Below the pieces are notes generated by a model. The model was not told the origin of the DNA and made no database searches. It saw only the letters and a list, made by a program, of their open reading frames with translations. Positions 53,917-64,000 of a stretch of 64,000 nucleotides of DNA are shown piece after piece. Within the stretch, counting starts at the first letter, position 1; each line of letters opens with the position of its first letter. This DNA is from an uncultured Gemmatimonadaceae bacterium (GTDB lineage Bacteria; Gemmatimonadota; Gemmatimonadetes; Gemmatimonadales; Gemmatimonadaceae), in assembly GCA_963790305.1 (NCBI GenBank), contig CAWBOC010000006.1, positions 192,001 to 256,000 on the forward strand, read 5' to 3'. The position numbers and the translations under genes were made by a program.

Positions 53917-54472
53917 ATGTCCATCAAGTCGGATCGCTGGATCCGCCGCATGGCGCGCGACCACGGGATGATCGAGCCCTATCGAGGACCGACAGGTCCG
54001 CAAGGGCGTGATCTCCTACGGCGTGAGCTCCTATGGCTACGACATGCGCGTCGCGCGCGAGTTTCGGATCTTCACGAATGTGCTGAACTCGATCGTGGAT
54101 CCAAAGGCGTTCGACCCGAAATCGTTCGTCGAGTTCGAGGGGGATGTCTGCATCGTCCCGCCGAACTCCTTCGCCCTCGCCCGCTCCGTGGAATACTTCC
54201 GCATTCCCCGGAAAGTCATGACGATATGCGTCGGCAAGTCGACGTACGCACGGTGCGGGATCATCACGAACGTCACGCCCTTCGAGCCAGAGTGGGAGGG
54301 GTACGTGACGCTGGAGATCTCGAATACCACGCCGCTACCGGCGAAGATCTACGCGAATGAGGGAATCGCGCAGGTGCTCTTCTTCGAGGGGGATGAAGAG
54401 CCGGAGGTGTCGTACAAGGACAAGGCCGGCAAGTATCAAAACCAGCAGGGCGTAACGCTGCCCAAGCTCTGA
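53917..54472 (+). CDS. dcd: dCTP deaminase (one +1 frameshift near 53981)
   Basis: [10 protein letters not shown]....[45 protein letters not shown]. Confidence 0.95.
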
Positions 54473-54490
54473 GACCGCCGGCCTCGAGTC

Positions 54491-54835
54491 CTAGAAGAAC
54501 ATGATCGCCAGCAGAATCAGCACGACGGCGATCCCGGCGATCGAGAGCCACATTGTCGTGCCCTTGCCAGCGGAGACCTGTGCGAGCGTTCCGGGGTTGG
54601 CCCGTGGTGAGCGCCGGCGGTCCTCGCCGACGTGCGCGCCATGATCAGCCACGCCCGGCGTGGCAGGCACAGCGTCAGCGCCCCCGAGGGCAGCCTCGTC
54701 GAGATTGCGCGGGACGGGACGATCAGCCGCAACGGGCCGATCAGCGGGAACCCCGCGGTCGGCCGGAGCCTCTGCGGGATACGTGCGATCGATCGGACGA
54801 CGCGACGATTCGTCCTGTGGTCTCGGTGCAGTCAA
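54491..54835 (-). CDS. Hypothetical tail-anchored membrane protein with disordered Pro/Ala/Asp/Arg-rich N-terminus
   Basis: GGAG RBS before TTG 54835; repeated P(A/I)DR units; single C-terminal TM WLSIAGIAVVLILLAIMFF. Confidence 0.55.
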   Translation of the reverse strand: MTAPRPQDESSRRPIDRTYPAEAPADRGVPADRPVAADRPVPRNLDEAALGGADAVPATPGVADHGAHVGEDRRRSPRANPGTLAQVSAGKGTTMWLSIAGIAVVLILLAIMFF

Positions 54836-54950
54836 TGAGATCTCCAGTAGAGGTGAGCACCTCAAATGCAGCAACCGCGCCAGTGGAGTCTACGTGGTCC
54901 GGCTAAGCCCCGTCACCCCCTCCAGGCGCCCAAGGCCGAAAAAGGCAATC

Positions 54951-55007
54951 GTACAGAGGCGTAAAGAGACATGGCACAGAGACACACAACGTCTCTGTTT
55001 CAACGGC
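54951..55007. repeat. Degenerate partial copy of the CACAGAGAC repeat family
   Basis: acagaggcgtaaagagacatggcacagagacacacaacgtctctgtttcaacggc shares gcacagagacacac and caacggc with the 30906 element. Confidence 0.55.
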
Positions 55008-55035
55008 CCGTTGCGCCATGACCGGAACGTCAGCC

Positions 55036-55818
55036 TCACATCTCGCCGGAGGACCCCACCCGCTCGTCCCGCCCGAACAGTGACGCCCGCAAGAAGTCCC
55101 GGTTCATCCGCGCGATGACGTCGATGCTAATGAGCTTGGGGCAGGCGTCCTGGCATTCCCCAATGTTCGTGCAGTTGCCGAAGGACTCCATGTCCATCTG
55201 CGTCACCATGCGCAGCACCCGCGCGGAGCGCTCGGGCTGACCCTGCGGCACGAGCCCCAGATGGGCGATCTTCGCCGCCGTGAAGAGCGACGCCGACGCA
55301 TTGGGGCACGCGGCGACGCAGGCCCCGCACCCGATGCAGGCGGCCGCGTCCATCGCCGAATCGGCATCATCCTTGGGGACGAGCACCGCATTCGCATCCG
55401 GGACACCGCCTGTCCGCGCGCTGATGTAGCCGCCCGCGGCGATGATGCGATCGAGCCCGCTGCGATCGACGACGAGGTCACGGACGACGGGAAATGCCCG
55501 GGCGCGCCACGGCTCGATGACGACCTCCTGACCGTCGCGAAAGCTACGCAGGTGCAGCTGACAGGTGGCGGTCCCGCCCACGGGACCGTGCGCGACACCA
55601 TTGATCATCACCCCGCACGAGCCGCAGATCCCCTCGCGGCAATCATGATCGAACGCAATGGGGACCTCTCCCCGTCCAATGAGCCGTTCGTTGACGACGT
55701 CCAGCATCTCCAGGAACGACATGTCCGGCGAAAGATCCGGGGCGTCGTACGTGACAAAACGTCCCTGTGACTGCGGACCCGCCTGGCGCCACACGCGCAG
55801 CCTGAGACGCATGGTCAT
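55036..55818 (-). CDS. sdhB: Succinate dehydrogenase/fumarate reductase Fe-S subunit
   Basis: [35 protein letters not shown]...CPK; ATGA overlap with the true sdhA stop. Confidence 0.93.
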   Translation of the reverse strand: MTMRLRLRVWRQAGPQSQGRFVTYDAPDLSPDMSFLEMLDVVNERLIGRGEVPIAFDHDCREGICGSCGVMINGVAHGPVGGTATCQLHLRSFRDGQEVVIEPWRARAFPVVRDLVVDRSGLDRIIAAGGYISARTGGVPDANAVLVPKDDADSAMDAAACIGCGACVAACPNASASLFTAAKIAHLGLVPQGQPERSARVLRMVTQMDMESFGNCTNIGECQDACPKLISIDVIARMNRDFLRASLFGRDERVGSSGEM

Positions 55819-57729
55819 TTGTAGCTCCGCTGCGCGAGCTGAACGTTCTCGAATACCAGCGGCTCCCGATGCAGCGCGGGGCTCGACGCCTTCGCCGGCA
55901 TACTCCCAGGCGGCGACGTAGGCAAAACGCTCGTCGTCGCGCCTGGCTTCGCCATCCGGTGTCTGATGCTCCTCGCGGAAGTGGCCGCCACACGACTCCT
56001 CGCGATGGAGCGCGTCTCGACACATGAGCTCGGCGAACTCGAGAAAGTCGGCCACGCGGTTCGCCTTCTCCAGCGCCTGATTCAATTCCGCGTCGCTTCC
56101 GGGGACTGTCACGTTCTCCCAGAACTCGGCGCGAATCTCGGGAATGCGTCGCAACGCCTCCGTGAGACCGCTTGCGGTTCTCGCCATTCCGCACTTGTCC
56201 CACATGAGGGTGCCGAGCTCGCGATGGAACGAGTCGACGGTGCGCGACCCCGCGATCGAAAGCAGCCGTTTCGTCTTCTGCGCAACGCCATTGAGCGCGC
56301 CACGCACTTCGGGGTGATCCACGGTGACTTTATCGAGCTTCGCGGTGGCGAGATAATCGCCGATCGTGACGGGAATGATGAAGTAGCCGTCGGCCAACCC
56401 TTGCATGAGTGCGCTCGCACCAAGGCGATTTGCGCCGTGGTCGGAAAAGTTCGCTTCGCCCAGGACGTGGAGCCCGGGGACCGTGCTCATGAGGTCGTAG
56501 TCCACCCACAATCCGCCCATGGTGTAGTGCACCGCGGGGTAGATGCGCATGGGCACGCGGTAGGGATCCTCATCCGTAATGCGCTGATACATCTCGAAGA
56601 GGTTGCCATACCGTTCCTCGATGGTCTGTCGGCCGAGTCGCGAGATGGCGTCGGCAAAGTCCAGGTACACGCCGCGCCCACCTGGCCCGACTCCCCGCCC
56701 TTCGTCACACACCTCCTTCGCGGCTCGTGAGGCGATGTCGCGGGGAGAGAGGTTGCCGAAGCTCGGGTATTTTCGCTCGAGGAAGTAATCGCGTTCCGCG
56801 TCAGGAATCTCGTGGGGCGCTCGGGCCTCTCCCGCCGTCCGCGGGACCCACACGCGTCCGTCGTTGCGCAGACTCTCCGACATCAGGGTGAGCTTCGACT
56901 GGTAGTCGCCGCTCACGGGAATGCACGTCGGATGAATCTGGGTGAAGCACGGATTGCCGAACGCCGCGCCACGCTTCCAGGCGCGAAAGGTCGCCGTGAC
57001 GTTCGATCCCCGCGCGTTCGTGGACAGGTAGAAGACGTTGCCATACCCGCCGGTCGCGAGCACCACCGCATCGGCGACGTGTGCGACAACCTCACCGGTG
57101 ACGAGATTCCGCGTCACCATGCCGCGGCACCGGCCGTCGATGATGATGAGGTCGAGCATCTCGGTGCGCGGGTGCATCACCACAGTCCCGCGCGCGATCT
57201 CCTTGCACAGCGCCTGGTACGCGCCAAGGAGGAGCTGCTGCCCCGTCTGACCTCGAGCGTAAAACGTGCGGGACACCTGGGCCCCACCGAACGACCGATT
57301 GGCGAGATAGCCGCTGTACTCTCGCGCGAACGGGACGCCCTGCGCGACACATTGGTCGATGATGTCGACGCTGATCTCGGCGAGGCGGTACACGTTCGCC
57401 TCTCGAGCGCGGAAGTCTCCTCCCTTGATGGTGTCGTAAAACAGTCGCCAGATGCTGTCGCCGTCGTTCTGGTAGTTCTTGGCGGCGTTGATTCCCCCCT
57501 GCGCGGCGATGCTGTGAGCGCGGCGTGGGGAGTCCTGAAAGCAGAAGCAGCTGACCTGGTACCCCAGCTCGGCGAGTGATGCTGCCGCGGAGGCACCGGC
57601 GAGACCGGACCCGACCACGAGGACCTTGTAGCGACGCTTGTTCGCGGGATTCACCAGCTTCATCTCGAAGCGATGGCGGTCCCATTTTTCCGCGAGCGGC
57701 CCGGAAGGAATCTTGGCGCGAAGCTCCAT
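55815..57729 (-). CDS. sdhA: Succinate dehydrogenase/fumarate reductase flavoprotein (+1 frameshift near 55878 creates an apparent fusion to sdhB)
   Basis: [41 protein letters not shown]; corrected C-terminus ...[16 protein letters not shown]. Confidence 0.93.
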
Positions 57730-57735
57730 CGTCGC

Positions 57736-58389
57736 CTAACGAACCACGCCGACGAGGACCGCGATGGGCACGGCGACGAACCCCAGCGGCACGAGCACCG
57801 CGAGAATCGTCGCCAGGCGCCGCCGCGCCGCGTTCACCCGCGCATGCTCGATGCCGAGCGTCTGAAACATGCTCCAGGTGCCGTGATACAGGTGCATCGC
57901 CAGTGCGAACATCGCGGCGATGTAAATCGCGGCGACCCACCAGACGCGAAACGCCGTTGTCACGTTATGGTAGGGCGCCAGGTGGATGAACTCCGGGTGC
58001 GCCTGTCCGGTGGTGAAGTGGAGAATGTGGTACACGAGGAACAGGAGGAGCGCCACGCCACCCCACCGCATCGTCCGTGACGCCGCGCTCGACGCTTGCG
58101 GATCGAAGCGCTGGTAGGGAGTGGGCCGGGCTGCTCGTGCACGCACGGCGAGCTGCGCCGCGGCGACGATGTGCAGTACGACCGAACCGAGGAGGAGAAC
58201 GCGGACTCCCCAGAGCAGAATCGGCATCGTGCGGAGCTTCGCCGCGTACCCGTCGATGGCGCTCGGGCCGACGAAGATCAGGAGATTGGCCGTGACGTGC
58301 GCGAGGATGTAACCCACGAGCACGATGCCGGTCACCGCCATCACAACCTTCTTGCCGATCGTAGAGTCCCAGAACCGCCCGAACGGCAT
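57736..58389 (-). CDS. sdhC: Succinate dehydrogenase cytochrome b subunit (single five-TM b558 type)
   Basis: STIGKK.VMAVTG, H...NL, H.LHF, HL.HG.WS.FQTLG. Confidence 0.9.
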   Translation of the reverse strand: MPFGRFWDSTIGKKVVMAVTGIVLVGYILAHVTANLLIFVGPSAIDGYAAKLRTMPILLWGVRVLLLGSVVLHIVAAAQLAVRARAARPTPYQRFDPQASSAASRTMRWGGVALLLFLVYHILHFTTGQAHPEFIHLAPYHNVTTAFRVWWVAAIYIAAMFALAMHLYHGTWSMFQTLGIEHARVNAARRRLATILAVLVPLGFVAVPIAVLVGVVR

Positions 58390-58396
58390 CGCGCGA

Positions 58397-59602
<1,206 letters not shown>

Positions 59603-59651
59603 GTAGTAATGATGTTATCGGCAATGTTATCGGCGCCTACGAAAAACTCTC

Positions 59652-60632
59652 TTACCCGCCGACCTCGGACAGAGCACGAAGCCCACCGACCTTCATCTGC
59701 AGGAGCGCGTGCTCGCGCGGCTTCTCGGCCAGGGCCTGCACGTAGAGCGGAACGAGATCGTCCCCGCGGCGGAGCGCGTCCCGAAGGTTCACCTCGTGAT
59801 CCCCGAAGAGGCAGGTGCGCAACCGTCCATCGGCGGTTAGTCGCACACGATTGCACGTCTCACAGTACGTGTGCGTCATCGGAGTAATCAGGCCGATCGT
59901 CCCAGGCGCCCCGTCGAACCGATGGTATTGCGCGGGCCCGTTGCCGCGGAGAGGCGCCCTCGTTGGCCGGAGCGTGCCCACGCGCGCGATCCGCGCCACG
60001 ACCTCATCGCTCGGGACCACGTGCTCCCACGTGAGCGAGCGGAGATCACCGACCGGCATGAGCTCGATGAAGCGCACGTGCCAGGGATGCTCGAGCGTAA
60101 GGCGCGCGAAATCCTCGAGCTCGTCATCGTTGATGCCCCGCATGACGACCACGTTGATCTTGATCGGGTCGAGCCCGGCCCGCTGCGCGGCCATCGCGGC
60201 GCCCACCGGATCGAACGGAATCGCTCGCCGCGCGATGGCGGCGATGCGCTCCGGACGGAGCGAGTCGGCGCTCATGTTGATGCGGTCAAGTCCGGCGGTG
60301 CGAAGGATCTCCGCCATCCCCTCGAGCTTTACCCCGTTCGTCGAGAGGGCGATGTCCTCGATACCCGGGACCGCGCGGACCATCGCGATGAGTCGCTCGA
60401 GCTGCGGTCGGATCGTCGGCTCGCCTCCCGTTATGCGCACGCGCCGCAGCCCGAGGGGAGCGAGCTGACTGACGATGGAGGCGATTTCCTCATAGGAGAG
60501 GATGTCGTGCTTCGGCAGCCACTCGAGCCCCTCCGGTGGCATGCAGTACAGACACCGGAAGTTGCAGCGGTCGGTCACCGAGATGCGCAGATATTCGATG
60601 CGCCGGCCAAACTGGTCGACGAGCGTCCTCAT
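59652..60632 (-). CDS. moaA: GTP 3',8-cyclase
   Basis: YLRISVTDRCNFRCLYCMP, TGGEP, RFIELMP, CETCNRVRLTADG...CL, C-terminal GG. Confidence 0.96.
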   Translation of the reverse strand: MRTLVDQFGRRIEYLRISVTDRCNFRCLYCMPPEGLEWLPKHDILSYEEIASIVSQLAPLGLRRVRITGGEPTIRPQLERLIAMVRAVPGIEDIALSTNGVKLEGMAEILRTAGLDRINMSADSLRPERIAAIARRAIPFDPVGAAMAAQRAGLDPIKINVVVMRGINDDELEDFARLTLEHPWHVRFIELMPVGDLRSLTWEHVVPSDEVVARIARVGTLRPTRAPLRGNGPAQYHRFDGAPGTIGLITPMTHTYCETCNRVRLTADGRLRTCLFGDHEVNLRDALRRGDDLVPLYVQALAEKPREHALLQMKVGGLRALSEVGG

Positions 60633-61066
60633 GGCGCGACTTCCGCGCGTGCCGTGGTCGGATCGACCCACTCACGCGTTCCGTCGGTGTATTCCTCGCG
60701 CTTCCAGATGGGCACGCGCCGCTTGAGCTCTTCGATCACGAAGCGCGACGCTTCATACGCTTCGGCGCGATGCGGGTGAGCGACGGCGATCACGACACTC
60801 GCCTCGCCAAGTGCGAGCCGCCCGAGGCGATGCTCGACGATCACGTCGTCAGTGCCGAATCGCAGCACCGCCTCGGCGGCGATTGCCTCGAGCTCGCGGA
60901 GCGCCATCGCCGCGTACGCCGTGTACTCGATTCCGCTGACGGCGCGACCCTCATTCACCTCGCGCACGGTTCCGACGAAAACAATCGACGCGCCATTAGC
61001 GACGCTCGCCACCTGCGCCAACACACTGGCCGCATCGAGCGGAGTGCGGACGAGCGCGACGCGCAT
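60629..61066 (-). CDS. moaE: Molybdopterin synthase catalytic subunit
   Basis: GA...F.GTVR, EY.AY..MA, HRLG.L..GE.SV, HR..A, K..VPIWK.E. Confidence 0.95.
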   Translation of the reverse strand: MRVALVRTPLDAASVLAQVASVANGASIVFVGTVREVNEGRAVSGIEYTAYAAMALRELEAIAAEAVLRFGTDDVIVEHRLGRLALGEASVVIAVAHPHRAEAYEASRFVIEELKRRVPIWKREEYTDGTREWVDPTTARAEVAP

Positions 61067-61308
61067 CAGCCGCCCGCCACTGGAGGGATCACCGCCACCT
61101 CGTCCCCGTGCCGGAGGACATGATCCCTGCGCGCATAACGTTCATTGACGGCGACGAGCGGCGCCGGGGGGAGACGTCCCTCGGGATCGAGGGCATGCAA
61201 CTGCAGCAACAGATCGCCAACTGTCGACCCGCTCGGCACTTCCATCTGCATCTGGTTCCGTCCGAAGACGTCCGCGTACGACGCAAAGAAGAGTGCGGTG
61301 ATGGTCAT
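61066..61308 (-). CDS. moaD: Molybdopterin synthase sulfur carrier
   Basis: LFFA, VAVN, GDEVAVIPPVAGG C-terminus. Confidence 0.93.
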   Translation of the reverse strand: MTITALFFASYADVFGRNQMQMEVPSGSTVGDLLLQLHALDPEGRLPPAPLVAVNERYARRDHVLRHGDEVAVIPPVAGG

Positions 61309-61361
61309 GTCGTACACTCGCGAGCGTGCGCACCACTGGCAAGACCGCGACTGAAATGCGA

Positions 61362-61395
61362 AGCGCGCCGAGGCCACTGAAAGGCCCGGCGCGCT
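61362..61395 (-). terminator. Hairpin/probable terminator after the HU gene
   Basis: Minus strand agcgcgccgggcc-tttcagt-ggcctcggcgcgct followed by tcgcattt. Confidence 0.5.
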
Positions 61396-61414
61396 CTTGG
61401 GGACGAACTCGTTG

Positions 61415-61756
61415 TCACGCTTCCGTTTCGCTCGCCTCGGCCTCGTCGTCCTCGAAGTCTTCGACGCCCGCGACCATCGCGCGCAACTCCTTTGACGGCT
61501 TGAAGACAGGCACCGGGCGCGCAGAAACCTCGACGGGCGACCCCGTGCGAGGATTGCGCGCCATTCTGGTCTTGCGGTGGCGGATCTTGAATGTGCCGAA
61601 GCCGCGGACCTCGATATTCCGCTGCTCCTTGAGCGCATCCTTGATCGCATCGAGAAACGCGTCGACCACGCGGGCGCAGTCCTTCTTCGAGATCATAGGA
61701 CCGGCGGTGCGTGAAATCTGCGCGGTTACGCGTTCGACCAGATCGGCCTTCGTCAT
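61415..61756 (-). CDS. HU/IHF family DNA-binding protein with acidic tail
   Basis: MTKADLV, IEVRGFGTF, ARNPRTG, PVFKPSKEL. Confidence 0.93.
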   Translation of the reverse strand: MTKADLVERVTAQISRTAGPMISKKDCARVVDAFLDAIKDALKEQRNIEVRGFGTFKIRHRKTRMARNPRTGSPVEVSARPVPVFKPSKELRAMVAGVEDFEDDEAEASETEA

Positions 61757-61804
61757 TCGATAGCCTCGTGGTGAGACAGCCGATCGTCCTTGATCGGTGC
61801 GTCG

Positions 61805-61833
61805 AACATAGGACGTTACCTATTGTGTGTCAA
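61805..61833 (-). promoter_or_regulatory. Strong sigma70-type promoter of the HU/IHF gene
   Basis: TTGACA-N17-TATGTT. Confidence 0.7.
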
Positions 61834-61852
61834 GCGTTTGGCTCGCTTCGCA

Positions 61853-62971
61853 CTACCGCGCGCGCACCGCGTCTAGGAACTCGCCGAACAGTGGGCGGGC
61901 GTCGTGCGGCCCGGGTGCAGCCTCTGGATGGTACTGAACCGCGAAGATCGGCAGCTCGCGGTGCCGCATGCCCTCGATCGTTTGGTCGTTCAGATTGATG
62001 TGCGTAACCTCGAGCCCGGGCGCCCCCAGAATTCCCGTTTCGTCCCCCTGCACCGCGAATCCATGATTCTGCGACGTGATCAGCACGTGGCCCGTGTCGA
62101 TCTCGCGGACGGGGTGATTTCCCCCCCGGTGGCCGTAGGGCATCTTCGCGGTGCGGCCGCCGAAGGTGAGGCCCAACAGCTGATGTCCCAGGCATATGCC
62201 GAAGATCGGGACGTTCTTCTCCGCGATCGCGCGAATGATTGCCGGGGCGTACGTTACCGCCGCGGGGTCGCCTGGCCCGTTCGACAGGAACACCCCGTCG
62301 GGCTCCATCGCGAGCACCGCCTCGGCGCTCGTCTCGGCCGGCACCACCGTCACGCGGCACTCGTGCTCCGCGAACAGCCGGAGGATGTTGCGCTTGATGC
62401 CGTAATCGTATGCGACAATGTGGTGTGGAGCTCCAGGGTCGCCCCACTGATATCGCTCTCGTGTCGACACGCGCGACGCCAGGTCCAGGCCCTCCATCGA
62501 CGGGCACGCATCGAGTGCGGCTATCGCCTCCGCGCTCGGCGTCTCGCCTTCGGCAATGACGCCGCGCATCACCCCGATCGACCTCAGGTGCTTCGTGAGG
62601 CGGCGCGTGTCAACTTCTTCGAGAATTGGTATTTGGGCGTCGTTCAACCAACTTCTCAAGTCACCGGTCGCGCGCCAGCTCGAATACGTCGCTGAGAGCT
62701 CGCGTACGATCGTGCCCGCCACCTGTGGACGCGCGGATTCGGGATCCTCGGTGTTGATGCCGTAGTTGCCGATCATCGGTGCGGTCATGACGACGATCTG
62801 GCCGCGGTAGGATGGATCGCTGAACACCTCCTGGTAGCCGGTCATGTTCGTGGTGAACACGACCTCGGCAACCGTCGGCTCGGCGGGATCGCGCAAACGG
62901 CCGCGAAAAAGGGTTCCATCTTCGAGCAGAAGGAACCCTGTTCGTGAGCCGGACGGCCCGCTCGCGATCAC
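61853..62971 (-). CDS. carA: Carbamoyl-phosphate synthase small subunit
   Basis: LLLEDGT, EVVF.T.MTGYQE..SDPSY, LSNGPGDP, GICLGHQ, ITSQNHGF, QYHPE..PGP.D. Confidence 0.96.
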   Translation of the reverse strand: MIASGPSGSRTGFLLLEDGTLFRGRLRDPAEPTVAEVVFTTNMTGYQEVFSDPSYRGQIVVMTAPMIGNYGINTEDPESARPQVAGTIVRELSATYSSWRATGDLRSWLNDAQIPILEEVDTRRLTKHLRSIGVMRGVIAEGETPSAEAIAALDACPSMEGLDLASRVSTRERYQWGDPGAPHHIVAYDYGIKRNILRLFAEHECRVTVVPAETSAEAVLAMEPDGVFLSNGPGDPAAVTYAPAIIRAIAEKNVPIFGICLGHQLLGLTFGGRTAKMPYGHRGGNHPVREIDTGHVLITSQNHGFAVQGDETGILGAPGLEVTHINLNDQTIEGMRHRELPIFAVQYHPEAAPGPHDARPLFGEFLDAVRAR

Positions 62972-63360
62972 GGCTGGGGCGTCGACGGTGCCGCGCCCGG
63001 TTCCGGTTGCGGGGTCACCGGGGCAGCCTCGAGAGGAATCGGCGCCGAGCTGGCACCCGGCGTCGCCGTCGCCGGAGCGGTCGGAGCAGCGGCCGGCTGA
63101 TCGAGAACGGAGCGCGACGCGACTGCCCGCGAAGACATCAGTGACAACACGAAGCCGAGCAGGAGAAACGCTCCTCCAAGGTACCAGCTCGACTTGGTGA
63201 GCACGTTGCCCATCTGCCGCGTGCCGAAGAAGGAGTCGGGTGAGGTTCCGACGCCGCCGAATGTCGCCGCGAGGCCACCGCCCTTCCCCGACTGCATGAG
63301 GATGGCGAGGATCAGGAAAATACTGGCGAGGACAAGAAGAACGATCAGGAAAGTATACAT
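62968..63360 (-). CDS. secG: Preprotein translocase subunit SecG
   Basis: IL.Q.GKGGGL...FGG, FG......L.K; follows tpiA. Confidence 0.9.
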   Translation of the reverse strand: MYTFLIVLLVLASIFLILAILMQSGKGGGLAATFGGVGTSPDSFFGTRQMGNVLTKSSWYLGGAFLLLGFVLSLMSSRAVASRSVLDQPAAAPTAPATATPGASSAPIPLEAAPVTPQPEPGAAPSTPQP

Positions 63361-63394
63361 TGACCGAGAGGAAGGGTGTCGCGCTAAGCTTCGT

Positions 63395-63423
63395 AAGCTA
63401 CGCGAGTTACGAAACTCGGTCAA
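63395..63423 (-). promoter_or_regulatory. Sigma70-type promoter of secG-carA
   Basis: TTGACC-N17-TAGCTT. Confidence 0.6.
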
Positions 63424-63429
63424 GGCCAA

Positions 63430-64000
63430 TCAGGAACGCGCGATCGTCGCCCACCCCTCGGGGTCCAGGCTCGCCCCTCCCACGAGGAGACCATCGACGT
63501 CCTGTGCGGCGAGAAGCGCCTGCGCATTCCCAGTATTGACGCTGCCGCCATAGAGGATCGGAATCTCGTTTGCGCGGTCAGCTGCGAGCTGCCTGAGGGC
63601 GCCACGAATCAACGCGTGCACCGCGCTCGCGTCTCGCGGCTCTGCGGTTTGCCCGGTGCCAATCGCCCACACCGGCTCGTACGCGATGAGCATTTGCGCC
63701 ATGTGTGCGGGATCGAGATCTGCCACCCCCGCGTGGAGTTGTCGCAGCACGACGCTTTCGGTCTCTCCCGCGCGCCGCTCCTCGAGGCGCTCCCCGACGC
63801 AGAGCATGGGCCGCAACCCGGCGCGTGCCGCCGCGGCGCACTTTCGGCGCGTGTGATCGTCCGTCTCGCCGAAGACGTGGCGGCGCTCCGAATGTCCAAC
63901 GAGCGCGACGCGCGCGCCCGCATCACGCGCCATCGATGCCGAGGTCTCACCGGTGAACGCGCCCTTGTCTTCCCAGTAGATGTTTTGAATCCCGAGCAGA
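63430..64000 (-). CDS. tpiA: Triosephosphate isomerase (5' part outside window)
   Basis: GAFTGE, GHSERR, AYEPVWAIGTG, LYGGSV, DG.LVGGASL. Confidence 0.96.
   Translation of the reverse strand, partial: LLGIQNIYWEDKGAFTGETSASMARDAGARVALVGHSERRHVFGETDDHTRRKCAAAARAGLRPMLCVGERLEERRAGETESVVLRQLHAGVADLDPAHMAQMLIAYEPVWAIGTGQTAEPRDASAVHALIRGALRQLAADRANEIPILYGGSVNTGNAQALLAAQDVDGLLVGGASLDPEGWATIARS

Noticed and set aside
55036..57729. Apparent 897-aa SdhA-SdhB fusion
   Set aside because: One extra C near 55878 shifts the frame; removing it restores the normal SdhA end (QRSYK*) overlapping the sdhB ATG
61309..61414. Moco riboswitch upstream of moaD
   Set aside because: The spacer is short and explained by a terminator-like hairpin plus a possible promoter; no recognisable Moco motif. 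An Rfam scan would settle it
62940..62975. tRNA-Leu commonly found after secG
   Set aside because: The secG stop overlaps the carA start; no room for a tRNA

Overview
High-GC bacterial chromosomal window of mostly core genes, nearly all on the minus strand. Gene content and order (futalosine mqn pathway, three-subunit sdhCAB, UPF0182, Big/YVTN lipoprotein, kds-lpt-rpoN) suggest Gemmatimonadota (inference). In transcription order (right to left): tpiA (partial)-secG-carA-HU/IHF-moaD-moaE-moaA-mdh-sdhCAB; a small membrane protein; dcd (+); a complete nuoA-N operon; PMM/PGM; UPF0182; arcC-sucC-sucD-(EIIA-CBS fusion)-ndk; DUF4956 plus a CotH-kinase-like gene; yceD-rpmF-plsX-fabH-fabD-fabG-acpP-fabF-mqnE-mqnA-mqnC-purE-ispF-dedA-xerD-trpG/pabA-OM barrel; a small accessory patch (SLT, DUF350, methyltransferase, hypothetical, Zn-finger); kdsB-pyrG-kdsA-kdsC-kdsD-lptC-lptA-lptB-rpoN-GT2; and an Ig/beta-propeller lipoprotein. 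About 17 frameshifts interrupt otherwise intact genes. All are +1 insertions, mostly at CG, and are best read as sequencing or assembly artefacts. Most notable: (i) an EIIA-CBS fusion coupled between sucD and ndk; (ii) LptB with a ~150-aa N-terminal domain; (iii) a double-hairpin in-frame insertion in kdsA; (iv) four families of low-complexity inverted repeats in intergenic spaces; (v) a Rex-like operator in front of nuoA. No CRISPR, rRNA, tRNA, transposase or prophage was recognised.
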